In this document: piece after piece, positions 9,725-19,063 of the stretch
How positions within the stretch are numbered: the stretch's first letter is position 1
Layout: every line of letters starts with the position of its first letter
DNA from: Candidatus Hydrogenedentota bacterium
GTDB lineage: Bacteria > Hydrogenedentota > Hydrogenedentia > Hydrogenedentales > SLHB01
Assembly: GCA_963745075.1 (NCBI GenBank)
Contig: CAVUWV010000028.1
Span: forward strand, 156,530 to 220,529
Length of the DNA: 64,000 bases
Direction of reading: 5' to 3'
Translations under genes and position numbers: made by a program
The notes under the pieces: model-generated
What the model was told of the DNA's origin: nothing
What the model saw: the letters and a program-made list of their open reading frames with translations, nothing else
Database searches by the model: none

Positions 9725-11277
9725 GGCTGGTCCTCCTCATCAACGGTGTCAAACAGGTGGGGTCTTGTGCGCCACGCGTGCCAGATGCCGATACAGAGCA
9801 AGACGCCCCCGCCGATAATCATCCCGCGTGCCAACCAAAGGTAAGGATCGCCGCCAGCGTTCATGATTTTCGCGGGCAGCTCAAAGAACGAATACCACCC
9901 CAGAAGAACGATCACGTATACGGGCGTCACAACGAGCATGATCGGATAGAAAATGCGAGGCACTTGGAAGTCCGCCCCCTCGTGCATCTCTTTCCAACCC
10001 CGTTTCATGCCGAAAAACCACGCAAACACTACCGCTTCGATTGCGGCAAATACGACGAGAAGGTAGGTTCCCGCCCAGTAGTCCAACTCGTCGATGAATC
10101 CTTTATGCATGAACAGTATGACGGGCTGCATCAGAACGAAGATGATAACTCCGAGAACCGGAATGATTCGCCGGCGATCGATACCCAATTCATCCTGCAA
10201 GAAAAGTAGTAGTGGCGTGAACATGGCAACGCTCGACGTCAACCCTGCCAAGAACAGCAGAACAAACCACATGGTCCCGAACACCTGCCCTCCCGGCAGT
10301 TGTTGGAAGATAACCGGCAAGCTGTAAAACCCGATGTCGAACGCCCCGCCGTTAGCAATTTCGCGGGCTACCGTCGGCCCGAAGAAGATAACCGCCGCCG
10401 GCACCGCAATCGTGGCGCCCAGGATGACTTCGACAAATTCGTTCGTACTGGTGGCGGCCAAACCATTCAAGGTCACATCATCGTCACGGCTCAGGTAGCT
10501 GGCGTAGGTATGAATCATCCCGAATCCGAGGCTCAGCGTAAAGAAGATTTGCCCTGTCGCGTCAATCCAGACGTTTGGATTCCGCAACACCGACCAGTCG
10601 ACGACCCATACCGCGGCGAGCCCGTCCCCCACCGATCGTCCCTCGATGGGTGGCAAGGTCAATACGCGTACGGCGAGGACCGCCCCCAACACCAGCAACG
10701 TTGGCATGGCATACTTGGCAACGATTTCAATACCCTTTTCGATACCACGTGAGAAGACGATCATGTTGAGTGCAAAGGTGATCAAAAAGAAGACATAGGC
10801 TTTAAGACCAAAGCTGAAGTGTACGGCATTGGTCGTCCCCAGATACGACCCGAACACGGTTTTCATACTCTCACGGGTGGTGTCGCCCCAATACTCGCCG
10901 GTCATGGTCATCCACGCGTAGCCCAGCGACCACGACTCGATGTAGACGTAATAGAGTCCAATCATCGCGGGCAGCAGCACGCCGAACACGCCGAGGTATT
11001 TGGACATGGGGTTCTTCCACAGGCGGTGGAACATGCCCGGCGTGCTGCCATGCCCGTAGCCGCCGCCGTGCCGTCCAATGGTCCATTCGATCCACATGAG
11101 GGGAATCCCGAGCAGCAATAGCGCCAGGAAGTACGGCACCATGAACGCCCCGCCGTAAGGCGCTTCCTTACCCGGGAAACGAAGGAAGTTCCCCAGCCCG
11201 ACCGCGTTCCCGGCCATCGCCATTATGAGACCGAACCGCGTGGCCCAGCGGTCGGTCTGAACGCTTTTCCCTGCCAT
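9721..11277 (-). CDS. Sodium-dependent transporter, neurotransmitter:sodium symporter (NSS) family
   Basis: GNAVGLGNFLRFP, GGAFMVPY, QIFFTLSLGFG, multiple transmembrane helices. Confidence 0.96.
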   Translation of the reverse strand: MAGKSVQTDRWATRFGLIMAMAGNAVGLGNFLRFPGKEAPYGGAFMVPYFLALLLLGIPLMWIEWTIGRHGGGYGHGSTPGMFHRLWKNPMSKYLGVFGVLLPAMIGLYYVYIESWSLGYAWMTMTGEYWGDTTRESMKTVFGSYLGTTNAVHFSFGLKAYVFFLITFALNMIVFSRGIEKGIEIVAKYAMPTLLVLGAVLAVRVLTLPPIEGRSVGDGLAAVWVVDWSVLRNPNVWIDATGQIFFTLSLGFGMIHTYASYLSRDDDVTLNGLAATSTNEFVEVILGATIAVPAAVIFFGPTVAREIANGGAFDIGFYSLPVIFQQLPGGQVFGTMWFVLLFLAGLTSSVAMFTPLLLFLQDELGIDRRRIIPVLGVIIFVLMQPVILFMHKGFIDELDYWAGTYLLVVFAAIEAVVFAWFFGMKRGWKEMHEGADFQVPRIFYPIMLVVTPVYVIVLLGWYSFFELPAKIMNAGGDPYLWLARGMIIGGGVLLCIGIWHAWRTRPHLFDTVDEEDQP

Positions 11278-11460
11278 GAATCACCCTCTCTCAGACCTAC
11301 ACCCCAGTTCGCAGCATGGAAGTTTGTGGGAACTATAAAGGGTTACGCGCCGGGGCGTCAATGCCGGGAGGCTATGGGAACGAGTAATTGGAATCCGGTA
11401 AGGACACTGCTACCATTTACCTTTCACGGAGGGAACAATCGCATAGAAGGGGATATACGA

Positions 11461-12714
11461 ATGAAGACGGGTATAACGGCAGGGATTCTCGTCGCGATGC
11501 TTCTACCCGTTTCGTTGGTCACGGCTCAGCAGTCGCCCGACGCACCGGGCCAGCTCATTGACTTGTCCGTGCCGTACCGGGCGATTACGGAGGGTCCCAA
11601 GGCCCACTGGTTCGGGTATTACGACAAACAGGAGTTCGATCCTTCTGGCCGGTACGTGCTCGGTATGGAAGTAGACTTCCAGGGCCGCACGCCAACCCCG
11701 GACGACACGGTCAAACTGGGCATGATCGATCTCGAAGACGGCGACACGTGGACCGGAATCGGCGAGTCCCGCGCGTGGAGCTGGCAACAAGGCTGTATGC
11801 TCCAGTGGTTACCCGGGTCGGACCAGGAGGTCGTTTACAACGATCGGGACGGCGACCACTACATCGCGGTGATCAAGAACGTCTTCACGGGCGAATCACG
11901 TAGCGTCCCCTATCCGATCTACACGGTGAGCCCCGATGGCAAGACGGCCATGAGTGTGCCCTTCGCCCGTATCGATGAGACGCGTCCCGGCTACGGGTAC
12001 AAAGGCGTCGTCGATCCCTATGCGGCCGATCCCCATCCTGCTAACGACGGCATTCGCCGCGTGGACCTCGAAACCGGCGAAGCCGAACTGATCATCACCT
12101 TCGATCAGATTGCGGCGATCCCAGCACCGAAAGAGCCGCTGGGAAAGCACTGGTTCAACCATCTCCTGTTCAGTCCCACCGGCGATCGGTTCATCTTCCT
12201 CCACCGGGCCTTCTGGGAAGAAGGCGGCAAGAGTTGGTCGACGCGTATGTTCACGGCCAACCCGGACGGATCGGATATCTACTGCATCGCCGACCAAGGC
12301 ATGGTGTCCCACTTCATCTGGAAGAACCCGATGCAGATTCTGGCGTGGTCCCGGGAACCGGACATGAAAGACCACTTCTTCCTGTATACCGACAAGACGG
12401 ATACGGCCGAGATGATCGGCGACGGGATTTTGCTTACAGACGGACACTGCACCTATTCCCCTGATGGCGAGTGGATCCTGACGGATACCTATCCGAACAA
12501 GGATCGAATGATGACCTTGATGCTGTTCCGTCCGTCGGATTCCAAACTGGTCAAGCTCGGGCAGTTCTTTCACCCGCGCGAACATTCCGGCGAATTCCGG
12601 TGCGATCTGCACCCGCGCTGGGATCGTGTTGGCAAGAATATCTGCGTGGATTCGATCTGCACGGGCTACCGCCAGATGTACCTCATCAACGTCAGCAGCG
12701 TTACGGGCGGTTGA
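11461..12714 (+). CDS. Exported TolB-like / oligogalacturonate-lyase-like beta-propeller protein
   Basis: Signal peptide, HWFGYYDK, WQQG, repeated SPDG/SPTG turns, RCDLHPRW. Confidence 0.7.
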   Translation: MKTGITAGILVAMLLPVSLVTAQQSPDAPGQLIDLSVPYRAITEGPKAHWFGYYDKQEFDPSGRYVLGMEVDFQGRTPTPDDTVKLGMIDLEDGDTWTGIGESRAWSWQQGCMLQWLPGSDQEVVYNDRDGDHYIAVIKNVFTGESRSVPYPIYTVSPDGKTAMSVPFARIDETRPGYGYKGVVDPYAADPHPANDGIRRVDLETGEAELIITFDQIAAIPAPKEPLGKHWFNHLLFSPTGDRFIFLHRAFWEEGGKSWSTRMFTANPDGSDIYCIADQGMVSHFIWKNPMQILAWSREPDMKDHFFLYTDKTDTAEMIGDGILLTDGHCTYSPDGEWILTDTYPNKDRMMTLMLFRPSDSKLVKLGQFFHPREHSGEFRCDLHPRWDRVGKNICVDSICTGYRQMYLINVSSVTGG

Positions 12715-12744
12715 GGCCCCGCTCAATTTCAGCAGTCTTGGCGC

Positions 12745-12769
12745 GGCGGGTTGGAGAATCCGCCCTCCA
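12745..12769. repeat. REP-like palindrome, family GGCGGGTTGGA(G/A)AA(T/C)CCGCCCTCCA, copy 1
   Basis: Matches the reverse complement of 55853-55877 at 23 of 25 positions. Confidence 0.7.
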
Positions 12770-12833
12770 TGCGCATAATCCGCGAGCATTGCAAGGCACT
12801 TTCGATCGCTCATTCACAAAGAGGAACGCTACC

Positions 12834-13280
12834 ATGCAAACACTCGACCGCTTGATCGCATACACCTCGTGGGCAAACAAGGCTTGGCTCGACTTCGCAT
12901 TCAGCGCCGGTGCAGCCGATCCGTATTTCGCCGCCATGATCTCCCACATCTACCTCGCAGAACAGGTTTGGTTTCAGCGGGTCCACAATGAGCCTCTCGA
13001 CTCCGACGTGTTCGCGACAAAAACGAAGGAGGAACTCCTCCACTTGGCGACGCGACACGATAGCCGGTACGCCGAAATCCTCGCCGACGACCTCGACCGC
13101 ACCATTGCCTACCGGCGTTTCAACGGCGAAGCGCATGAATCCGTACTCAGCGATATCCTGCTGCACCTGATAACCCACGGGGCACACCATCGCGGCCAGA
13201 TGGCTACGGCCGCTTCGAAGGCGAAACTCCCCTTCCCCACGACGGATTTCATCAACTACAGTCGCACGGACCAGAGATAG
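12834..13280 (+). CDS. DinB family protein
   Basis: YTSWAN, SHIYLAEQVW, DILLHLITHGAHHRGQ metal-binding His pattern. Confidence 0.92.
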   Translation: MQTLDRLIAYTSWANKAWLDFAFSAGAADPYFAAMISHIYLAEQVWFQRVHNEPLDSDVFATKTKEELLHLATRHDSRYAEILADDLDRTIAYRRFNGEAHESVLSDILLHLITHGAHHRGQMATAASKAKLPFPTTDFINYSRTDQR

Positions 13281-13413
13281 TTGCTGCGCACCACAGTGTA
13301 CTAGGGACCCCCTCCCGGACCATCACGGCGATCAGGAAGGATTCCGGTGGACAATTCGTGGCGGTGGCACCGATAATAGGACCTTCTGGAATGGTTAAAC
13401 TGGAGGTTACCCC

Positions 13414-14535
13414 ATGATGCTCCGTCGCGTTTGCATGTCTATACTTCTGCTGGCGAGTTTGTACGTGGCTTCCGTTGCGCATGCGGCGGACCTACAGACT
13501 CTGGCGATCGGCGCCTCCGCGCCCGACTTCTCCCTTCCTGGCGTGGATGGGAAGACATACAGCCTCGCCGACTTCGCCGATGCGAACGTGCTGGTGGTCG
13601 TGTTTACCTGCAATCACTGCCCCACGGCGCAGGCCTACGAACAGCGCATCCAACAAATCGCGACGGACTACAAAGACAAGGGCGTCGCCCTCGTTGCGAT
13701 CTCCCCAAATGACCCGCTAGCGGTCCGACTGGACGAATTGGGTTACACCAACGTCAGCGACTCGTATGACGAGATGAAGAACCGCGCCGAACTTCGCGGA
13801 TATACCTTCCCCTACCTTTACGACGGTGACAAGCAGGAAGTATCGAAGGCTTACGGGCCCATGTCCACCCCGCATGTGTTTATCTTCGACAAGGAAAGTA
13901 AGCTCCGCTTCGCGGGCCGAATCGACGACAACGACAACCCCGAGAAGGTGAAGACCCACGATACGCGCAATGCTCTTGACGCGCTCCTTGCCGGTAAGCC
14001 CGTGCCCGTCGAGACGACGAAAACTCGGGGATGTTCGATCAAGTGGTCGGACAAGCGCGATTCCGTGAAGGCCTCCCTCGAACGCTGGGCCCAGGAACCT
14101 GTCGACCTGCAGCGCGTCGGCGTGGAAGACATTAAGGAAATCGTAAAGAACGACTCCAAGAACCTGCGTCTCGTCAATGTCTGGGCGACGTGGTGTGGCA
14201 CCTGCGTCGCCGAGTTCCCGGATCTCATCGAAATCTACCACATGTATCGCGGCCGGGATTTTGACATGGTTACCATCAGCGCCGACGAGATGAAGGATGA
14301 AGAGCGTGTCATGGCGTTCTTGAAAAAACACGGCGCGTCGATGCGGAACTACATTTACCACTCCGACGACCAGTACGCCTTGATCGAGGCGGTTGACCCC
14401 GATTGGCAGGGAGCCACTCCACACACCATGCTCATCGCGCCCGGCGGCGAAGTCATCTACCGCCACTCGGGCGCCATCGACCCGCTCGAAGTCAAGCGCG
14501 CCATCGTGGACTACCTGGGGCGGACCTATAACTGA
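13414..14535 (+). CDS. Exported tandem thioredoxin/redoxin domain protein
   Basis: Signal peptide, AhpC/TSA-like domain with FTCNHCP, second TlpA-like domain with NVWATWCGTC. Confidence 0.9.
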   Translation: MMLRRVCMSILLLASLYVASVAHAADLQTLAIGASAPDFSLPGVDGKTYSLADFADANVLVVVFTCNHCPTAQAYEQRIQQIATDYKDKGVALVAISPNDPLAVRLDELGYTNVSDSYDEMKNRAELRGYTFPYLYDGDKQEVSKAYGPMSTPHVFIFDKESKLRFAGRIDDNDNPEKVKTHDTRNALDALLAGKPVPVETTKTRGCSIKWSDKRDSVKASLERWAQEPVDLQRVGVEDIKEIVKNDSKNLRLVNVWATWCGTCVAEFPDLIEIYHMYRGRDFDMVTISADEMKDEERVMAFLKKHGASMRNYIYHSDDQYALIEAVDPDWQGATPHTMLIAPGGEVIYRHSGAIDPLEVKRAIVDYLGRTYN

Positions 14536-14555
14536 TTGCGCCACCGGTCTGCATT

Positions 14556-15752
14556 TCACGTTCCCAAATTCTCGTAATACTTCACATTATGCGTTGCCCG
14601 TCCATAGGCAACGATGTCCGGGCGGCCGTCGCCGTTGAGGTCGGCGGCGAGGGCATCTTCGGTGGCCATGCCGCCGTCGTCGATAACGTGGGTGGCGGCA
14701 GCGAGTTCGCCGGTGGCAGGGTCGATAGCGAGATCGTAGATATTCAGTCCGGGAAGTTCGCGGGGACCGGCCTTGTCGCGCCAGCCAATCAGCACTTCGT
14801 CCTGGCCGTCTCCGTCGAAATCGGCCCACCAGACCGCGTGGCCGCCCGCGAGTTGATCGTCGATCACGTGACGTTGCCAAGCGCCCTTGTCGAGCGTGTA
14901 AACGACCGCCTGGTTCGCATGCCAGGGTTCGATGGTCGCGAGCATGGGCGGGCCATTCACGTTGCGCTTAACCTCCCCTGCTCCACTTCGCGGAATCGGT
15001 TCTGGATTTCCGGGCGTCAAGAGTGTCGTTTCCCATTCGCCCGACAAATTCCGTGTGAACCGAGTGATTCCCTCAAAGGACGCGGCCAAAATTGCGTCGC
15101 CTTTTCTCTCCCCTTGCGGCACGGGCCAGATATTATGCATGACGTGAAGGGCGTCGCTGATGCTTTCACGTTCCCACGGCGTTCCCGTGAAATCAGCAGG
15201 TGGACGCAATAGAAACAACTGCGCCCCGGTGTCGGTGAAGTTCGGGGGCTGGGAATCGCGGCCTTTCAGCGGTGCAACAACCAGTTCCGGCTTACCGTCG
15301 CCTTCGACATCGGCCCAGCGAATGCGATGTAGCGTCGGCTCTTCATCCAACAACGTCACCACAATCCACGGCTGTTGCACATCTTCGCCATGTTTCAATA
15401 GAAACAAGGCCCCACCCGATGCAGTGTTGTTGAACTGCCAGTCTGCGCCCAGCGCCAGTTCGGGGACACCGTCCCCATCGAGATCCTGCGGTGCAATGCA
15501 AACGTTTGAATTACGAATCGTATCCGCAATGAGATGCCGTTCCCATGTCGGATTCTCATACCACGACACATCTTCGCTGCTGACACCGACGATGTCCGGC
15601 ATCCCGTCCCGGTTCAGATCCGCCACCGTAATGGCGAGGCCCGTACCCGCGTCGGGGTTGATGACATGCTCTTTGAACTCCGGGAAAGACGACTGGCCAA
15701 AAGCGGCAAGTGGAAACAAAACGGCAATTGCGGAGGCGATTAAGCGCGACAT
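14556..15752 (-). CDS. Exported FG-GAP/VCBS repeat beta-propeller protein
   Basis: Repeated DLNRDGMPDIV / DLDGDGVPEL / DFDGDGQDEV / DLNGDGRPDIV motifs; HRIRWAD and TIEPWH resemble aldos-2-ulose dehydratase-like propellers. Confidence 0.85.
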   Translation of the reverse strand: MSRLIASAIAVLFPLAAFGQSSFPEFKEHVINPDAGTGLAITVADLNRDGMPDIVGVSSEDVSWYENPTWERHLIADTIRNSNVCIAPQDLDGDGVPELALGADWQFNNTASGGALFLLKHGEDVQQPWIVVTLLDEEPTLHRIRWADVEGDGKPELVVAPLKGRDSQPPNFTDTGAQLFLLRPPADFTGTPWERESISDALHVMHNIWPVPQGERKGDAILAASFEGITRFTRNLSGEWETTLLTPGNPEPIPRSGAGEVKRNVNGPPMLATIEPWHANQAVVYTLDKGAWQRHVIDDQLAGGHAVWWADFDGDGQDEVLIGWRDKAGPRELPGLNIYDLAIDPATGELAAATHVIDDGGMATEDALAADLNGDGRPDIVAYGRATHNVKYYENLGT

Positions 15753-15944
15753 GGCCGAACTCCTTTATCTCCAAAAAAGGGAACCTTGCCAGATCAGTGT
15801 ACCATGGAGCGACAGGGACGGATAGGCTCCGATGCGTTAGAACGGTTCCGTTGCGTATCCGAGGGATCGGGTCTACAATGGATGCACTCGCCGGGGGGGC
15901 TTAGGGACGTTGGCAGCCGCAGGCGGGCGCACAGGGGGAATACC

Positions 15945-17129
15945 ATGGACGGCCCGCAGGCCAAGATCAACCGGGTAATTGCAGCGCTCGAAAACCGCGA
16001 AGCGGACCGGGTGCCTATCGGCGAATTCTTCTGGACCAACTTTATCCGCCGCGCCAAGCAGGAGCTGGACGTCGGTGACGATTTCAATCCTTACACCTAC
16101 TGGGACCTGGACATGGTGGTCCTCAACCCGAACATGGACCCCCACATTAAAAACGTGCAGGTGGTCGAAGATACGGACGAACACAAAGTGGTCCGCACGG
16201 GTTTCGAAGCGACGATCGAACTGAAGGGCACCTACCCCATGCCCCGTTACGCCGATTTCGATACGAAGACCTACAAGGACATGGAAACCTTCGAATTCGA
16301 CGATCCCCGCGATCCGCGGCGTTATACCCAGGCCATTGACGATCAGATCAACTCCGTCGCCGACGCATTGAACCTGGGCCTTCCGTCCTTTGTCGAGCGC
16401 GTGGATTCCTTCGCCCCCAATCTCTGCGTGTTCGGAAGCGTGTGCGAGCCCCACGAAATGATCTGGCGGATCGTCGGTACGGAGAACATTTTGTACAAAC
16501 TTGGCGAAGATCCCGGCCGCGTGGCCGTCTTTATCGAACGGCTCGGGGATTTTCTGGTGGGCATTGCCGAGGCGCAAATCGAAGCGGCGAAGGGAAAGCT
16601 TTCCGGGCTCTACATCTGGGGCGACGTTGCCTACGACCGCGGGATGTTCTTCTCGCCGGACTACTGGCGCCAAGTGTATAAGCCCCAACTTCGCCGGATC
16701 TGCGATGTCATCCACAACGCCGGCCTTAAAGCCATTTATCACGGATGCGGTAACGCCTCCGTGTTGTTCGAAGACATGATTGACGCAGGCGTGGACGCCT
16801 ACAACCCGCTGGAAGCAAAGGCCGGCCTCGACGTGGTCGAGCTAAAGCGGCAGTTCGGATCGCGCTGGGCTTTCAATGGCAACATCGACGTGCGCGTGCT
16901 CGCCACGAACGATCGGGACACCATCCGGCGAGAGATCCTCACGAAACTCAACGCGGCCAAGGGCGGCGGCTACATCATTCAGTCCGACCATTCCGTGCCG
17001 GACAACGTTGATCCGGCCAGTTACGATTACGCGCGCCAGCTCGTCCGCGAGTTCGGGGCCTATCCCTTGGACCTGGGAGAATTCGACGTCGATGTGTCGC
17101 AAGCGGCGGGTACAACACAGCCCAAGTAG
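15945..17129 (+). CDS. Uroporphyrinogen decarboxylase / MtaA-like (URO-D/CIMS) family protein
   Basis: EADRVP N-terminus, WGDVAY, IYHGCGN, GNIDV, GGYIIQSDHSVP. Confidence 0.88.
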   Translation: MDGPQAKINRVIAALENREADRVPIGEFFWTNFIRRAKQELDVGDDFNPYTYWDLDMVVLNPNMDPHIKNVQVVEDTDEHKVVRTGFEATIELKGTYPMPRYADFDTKTYKDMETFEFDDPRDPRRYTQAIDDQINSVADALNLGLPSFVERVDSFAPNLCVFGSVCEPHEMIWRIVGTENILYKLGEDPGRVAVFIERLGDFLVGIAEAQIEAAKGKLSGLYIWGDVAYDRGMFFSPDYWRQVYKPQLRRICDVIHNAGLKAIYHGCGNASVLFEDMIDAGVDAYNPLEAKAGLDVVELKRQFGSRWAFNGNIDVRVLATNDRDTIRREILTKLNAAKGGGYIIQSDHSVPDNVDPASYDYARQLVREFGAYPLDLGEFDVDVSQAAGTTQPK

Positions 17130-17168
17130 ACATAGGAGTTTTCACAGGAATTGACGTACGACAAATAC

Positions 17169-17325
17169 AACATCCCCCTTATCCCCCTTCAAAGGGGGAA
17201 ATTCGCAACGCTTCGCGTTGCGTGGAGGTTAGCAACGTCTTAAAGCCGGAGTGGTTCGCGGTGCATAGACTGGCGACTGTAGTTATACATAATTCCCCCT
17301 TCGAAGGGGGATCAAGGGGGATGTT
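17169..17325. repeat. REPIN/MITE-like element, copy 2
   Basis: Same inverted ends and internal hairpin (CGCAACGCTTCGCGTTGCG) as copy 1; 157 bp. Confidence 0.9.
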
Positions 17326-17364
17326 CCCGGTGTTGAGAGCGTCGAACGATTTGGGAAAATCACC

Positions 17365-17688
17365 ATGACACGCTATGGGATGGTAGTTCGCGTAAAACCG
17401 GATCGCCTGCAAGAGTACAAGCAGCTGCACGCGGCCGTGTGGCCGGACGTGCTGAAAAAGATTACGGAATGCAACATCCGGAACTACTCCATCTATCACA
17501 AGGACGATCTACTCTTCAGCTACTTCGAGTACGTGGGCGACGATTTCGACGGCGACATGGCCAAGATGGCCGCAGACCCCGTTATTCAAAAATGGTGGGA
17601 TGTGTGCAAGCCTTGCCACGAGCCTCTGCCCACGCGGGCCGAAGGCGAATGGTGGGCCAACATGGACGAGGTGTTTCACTGGGATTGA
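17365..17688 (+). CDS. rhaM: L-rhamnose mutarotase family protein
   Basis: EYKQLHAAVWP, IRNYSIY, LFSYFEY, QKWW, MDEVFH. Confidence 0.92.
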   Translation: MTRYGMVVRVKPDRLQEYKQLHAAVWPDVLKKITECNIRNYSIYHKDDLLFSYFEYVGDDFDGDMAKMAADPVIQKWWDVCKPCHEPLPTRAEGEWWANMDEVFHWD

Positions 17689-17729
17689 GCACGTTTGGGG
17701 CCGCTGCTTCACGGGCTTCTCATGCTCGT

Positions 17730-17816
17730 ACTCGAAATCGGAATCGCTATCGGGATCGGAAGCAAAAGCACTTCACATTTCGATGCCCGATCCCGATAGC
17801 GATCCCGATTTCGAGT
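17730..17816. repeat. Long inverted repeat, 30-bp arms with one mismatch
   Basis: ACTCGAAATCGGAATCGCTATCGGGATCGG ... CCGATCCCGATAGCGATCCCGATTTCGAGT; arms built from 6-nt ATCGNN units. Confidence 0.85.
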
Positions 17817-17874
17817 CAGACGATTCCGGAGACAGGGCGGTAGATGATCTTCTGGCCGACGGGGGAAACATGCG

Positions 17875-18990
17875 ATGACGAGTAAAGAACGCATATTGCG
17901 CGCGCTGCGGCGTGAGAAGCCGGATCGGTTGCCGGTCTCGGTGCACCAATGGCAAGGCTTCCACCTCGACGAATACCTCGACGGCATCAGCGACATCGAG
18001 GCTTTCGAGCGGTTTGGAATGGACGCCCAGATCCAGTATTTCGAAGAAATGGGTCAGTTCTGGATGGTCAACGCCGATTTTGAGAAGGCCTCAACGCAGG
18101 AATGGCAAGACGAAATCACGGTAATCAACGACAACCCGGACCATCGCGTCATCCATCACACCATTCACACGCCGTCCGGGACGCTTACCTACAAGACGGC
18201 CGGCGACCGGAGGACGACGTGGATCACGGAATACCTCATCAAGCGCGACGAAGACATTGAGGTGATTCGGAAACACATGCCCGTTCCCGTGCTGGATCTG
18301 AAACCGGTGGCCAAAGCCTACGACCGCGTGGGCGACCGCGGCATTCTGCGCGGGTTTGTCTGGGGCGACCAAGCGGGCTGTTGGCAACACGCTTGCTGCC
18401 TGGCAGATACCAGCTTCCTCATTCTGCGATGCCTGAGCGATCCGGACTGGGTTCACGGCTTGCTCGCGGCACTGCTGGAGAAGAAGCTCCGTTTTGTCGA
18501 GTCCATGAAAGGCGCAAAGTTCGACGTGATCGAGACGGGCGGCGGCGCGGGCTCCTCAACCGTGCTCTCACCGGATCTGCACCGCGAGTTCTGTCTGCCC
18601 TACGACCACGAACTGCACGACGCCTTGCATAGCCTCGGCTTCCTCGTCACGTACCACACCTGCGGCGGCACCTTCGGCATCGAAGACGCCATCGTTCAAA
18701 ACGGGTGCGACATCTCCGAGACCCTGGCCCCAAAAAGCATCGGCGGCAACCAGGAGCCCTGGGAATACAAGGCGAAGATTGGCAACCGCCTCGCCCTCAT
18801 CGGCGGGTTGGATCAATTCAGTGTGCTCACCGAAGGTTCGACGGAGCTCATCCGCACCAAAGTCCACGAACTCTTCGAAAAAGTCGGTCACGACGGCGGC
18901 TACGTCTGCTCTCTCGCCGATCACTTCTTCGACACGCCCGTGGAGAACCTCCAAGCCTACGCCTACGCCGCGCGGGAGTGCGTGTATTGA
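17875..18990 (+). CDS. Second URO-D/MtaA-like family protein
   Basis: MTSKERILRALRREKPDRLPV, TYHTCGG, LIGGLDQ, GGYVCSLADHF. Confidence 0.88.
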   Translation: MTSKERILRALRREKPDRLPVSVHQWQGFHLDEYLDGISDIEAFERFGMDAQIQYFEEMGQFWMVNADFEKASTQEWQDEITVINDNPDHRVIHHTIHTPSGTLTYKTAGDRRTTWITEYLIKRDEDIEVIRKHMPVPVLDLKPVAKAYDRVGDRGILRGFVWGDQAGCWQHACCLADTSFLILRCLSDPDWVHGLLAALLEKKLRFVESMKGAKFDVIETGGGAGSSTVLSPDLHREFCLPYDHELHDALHSLGFLVTYHTCGGTFGIEDAIVQNGCDISETLAPKSIGGNQEPWEYKAKIGNRLALIGGLDQFSVLTEGSTELIRTKVHELFEKVGHDGGYVCSLADHFFDTPVENLQAYAYAARECVY

Positions 18991-19063
18991 CGCGCAGGGT
19001 CTTACCCGCTTGTTGATGCGCTGCTCATCGAGTGCACTACGTTTGTCCGTCTTTTGTCAATGG

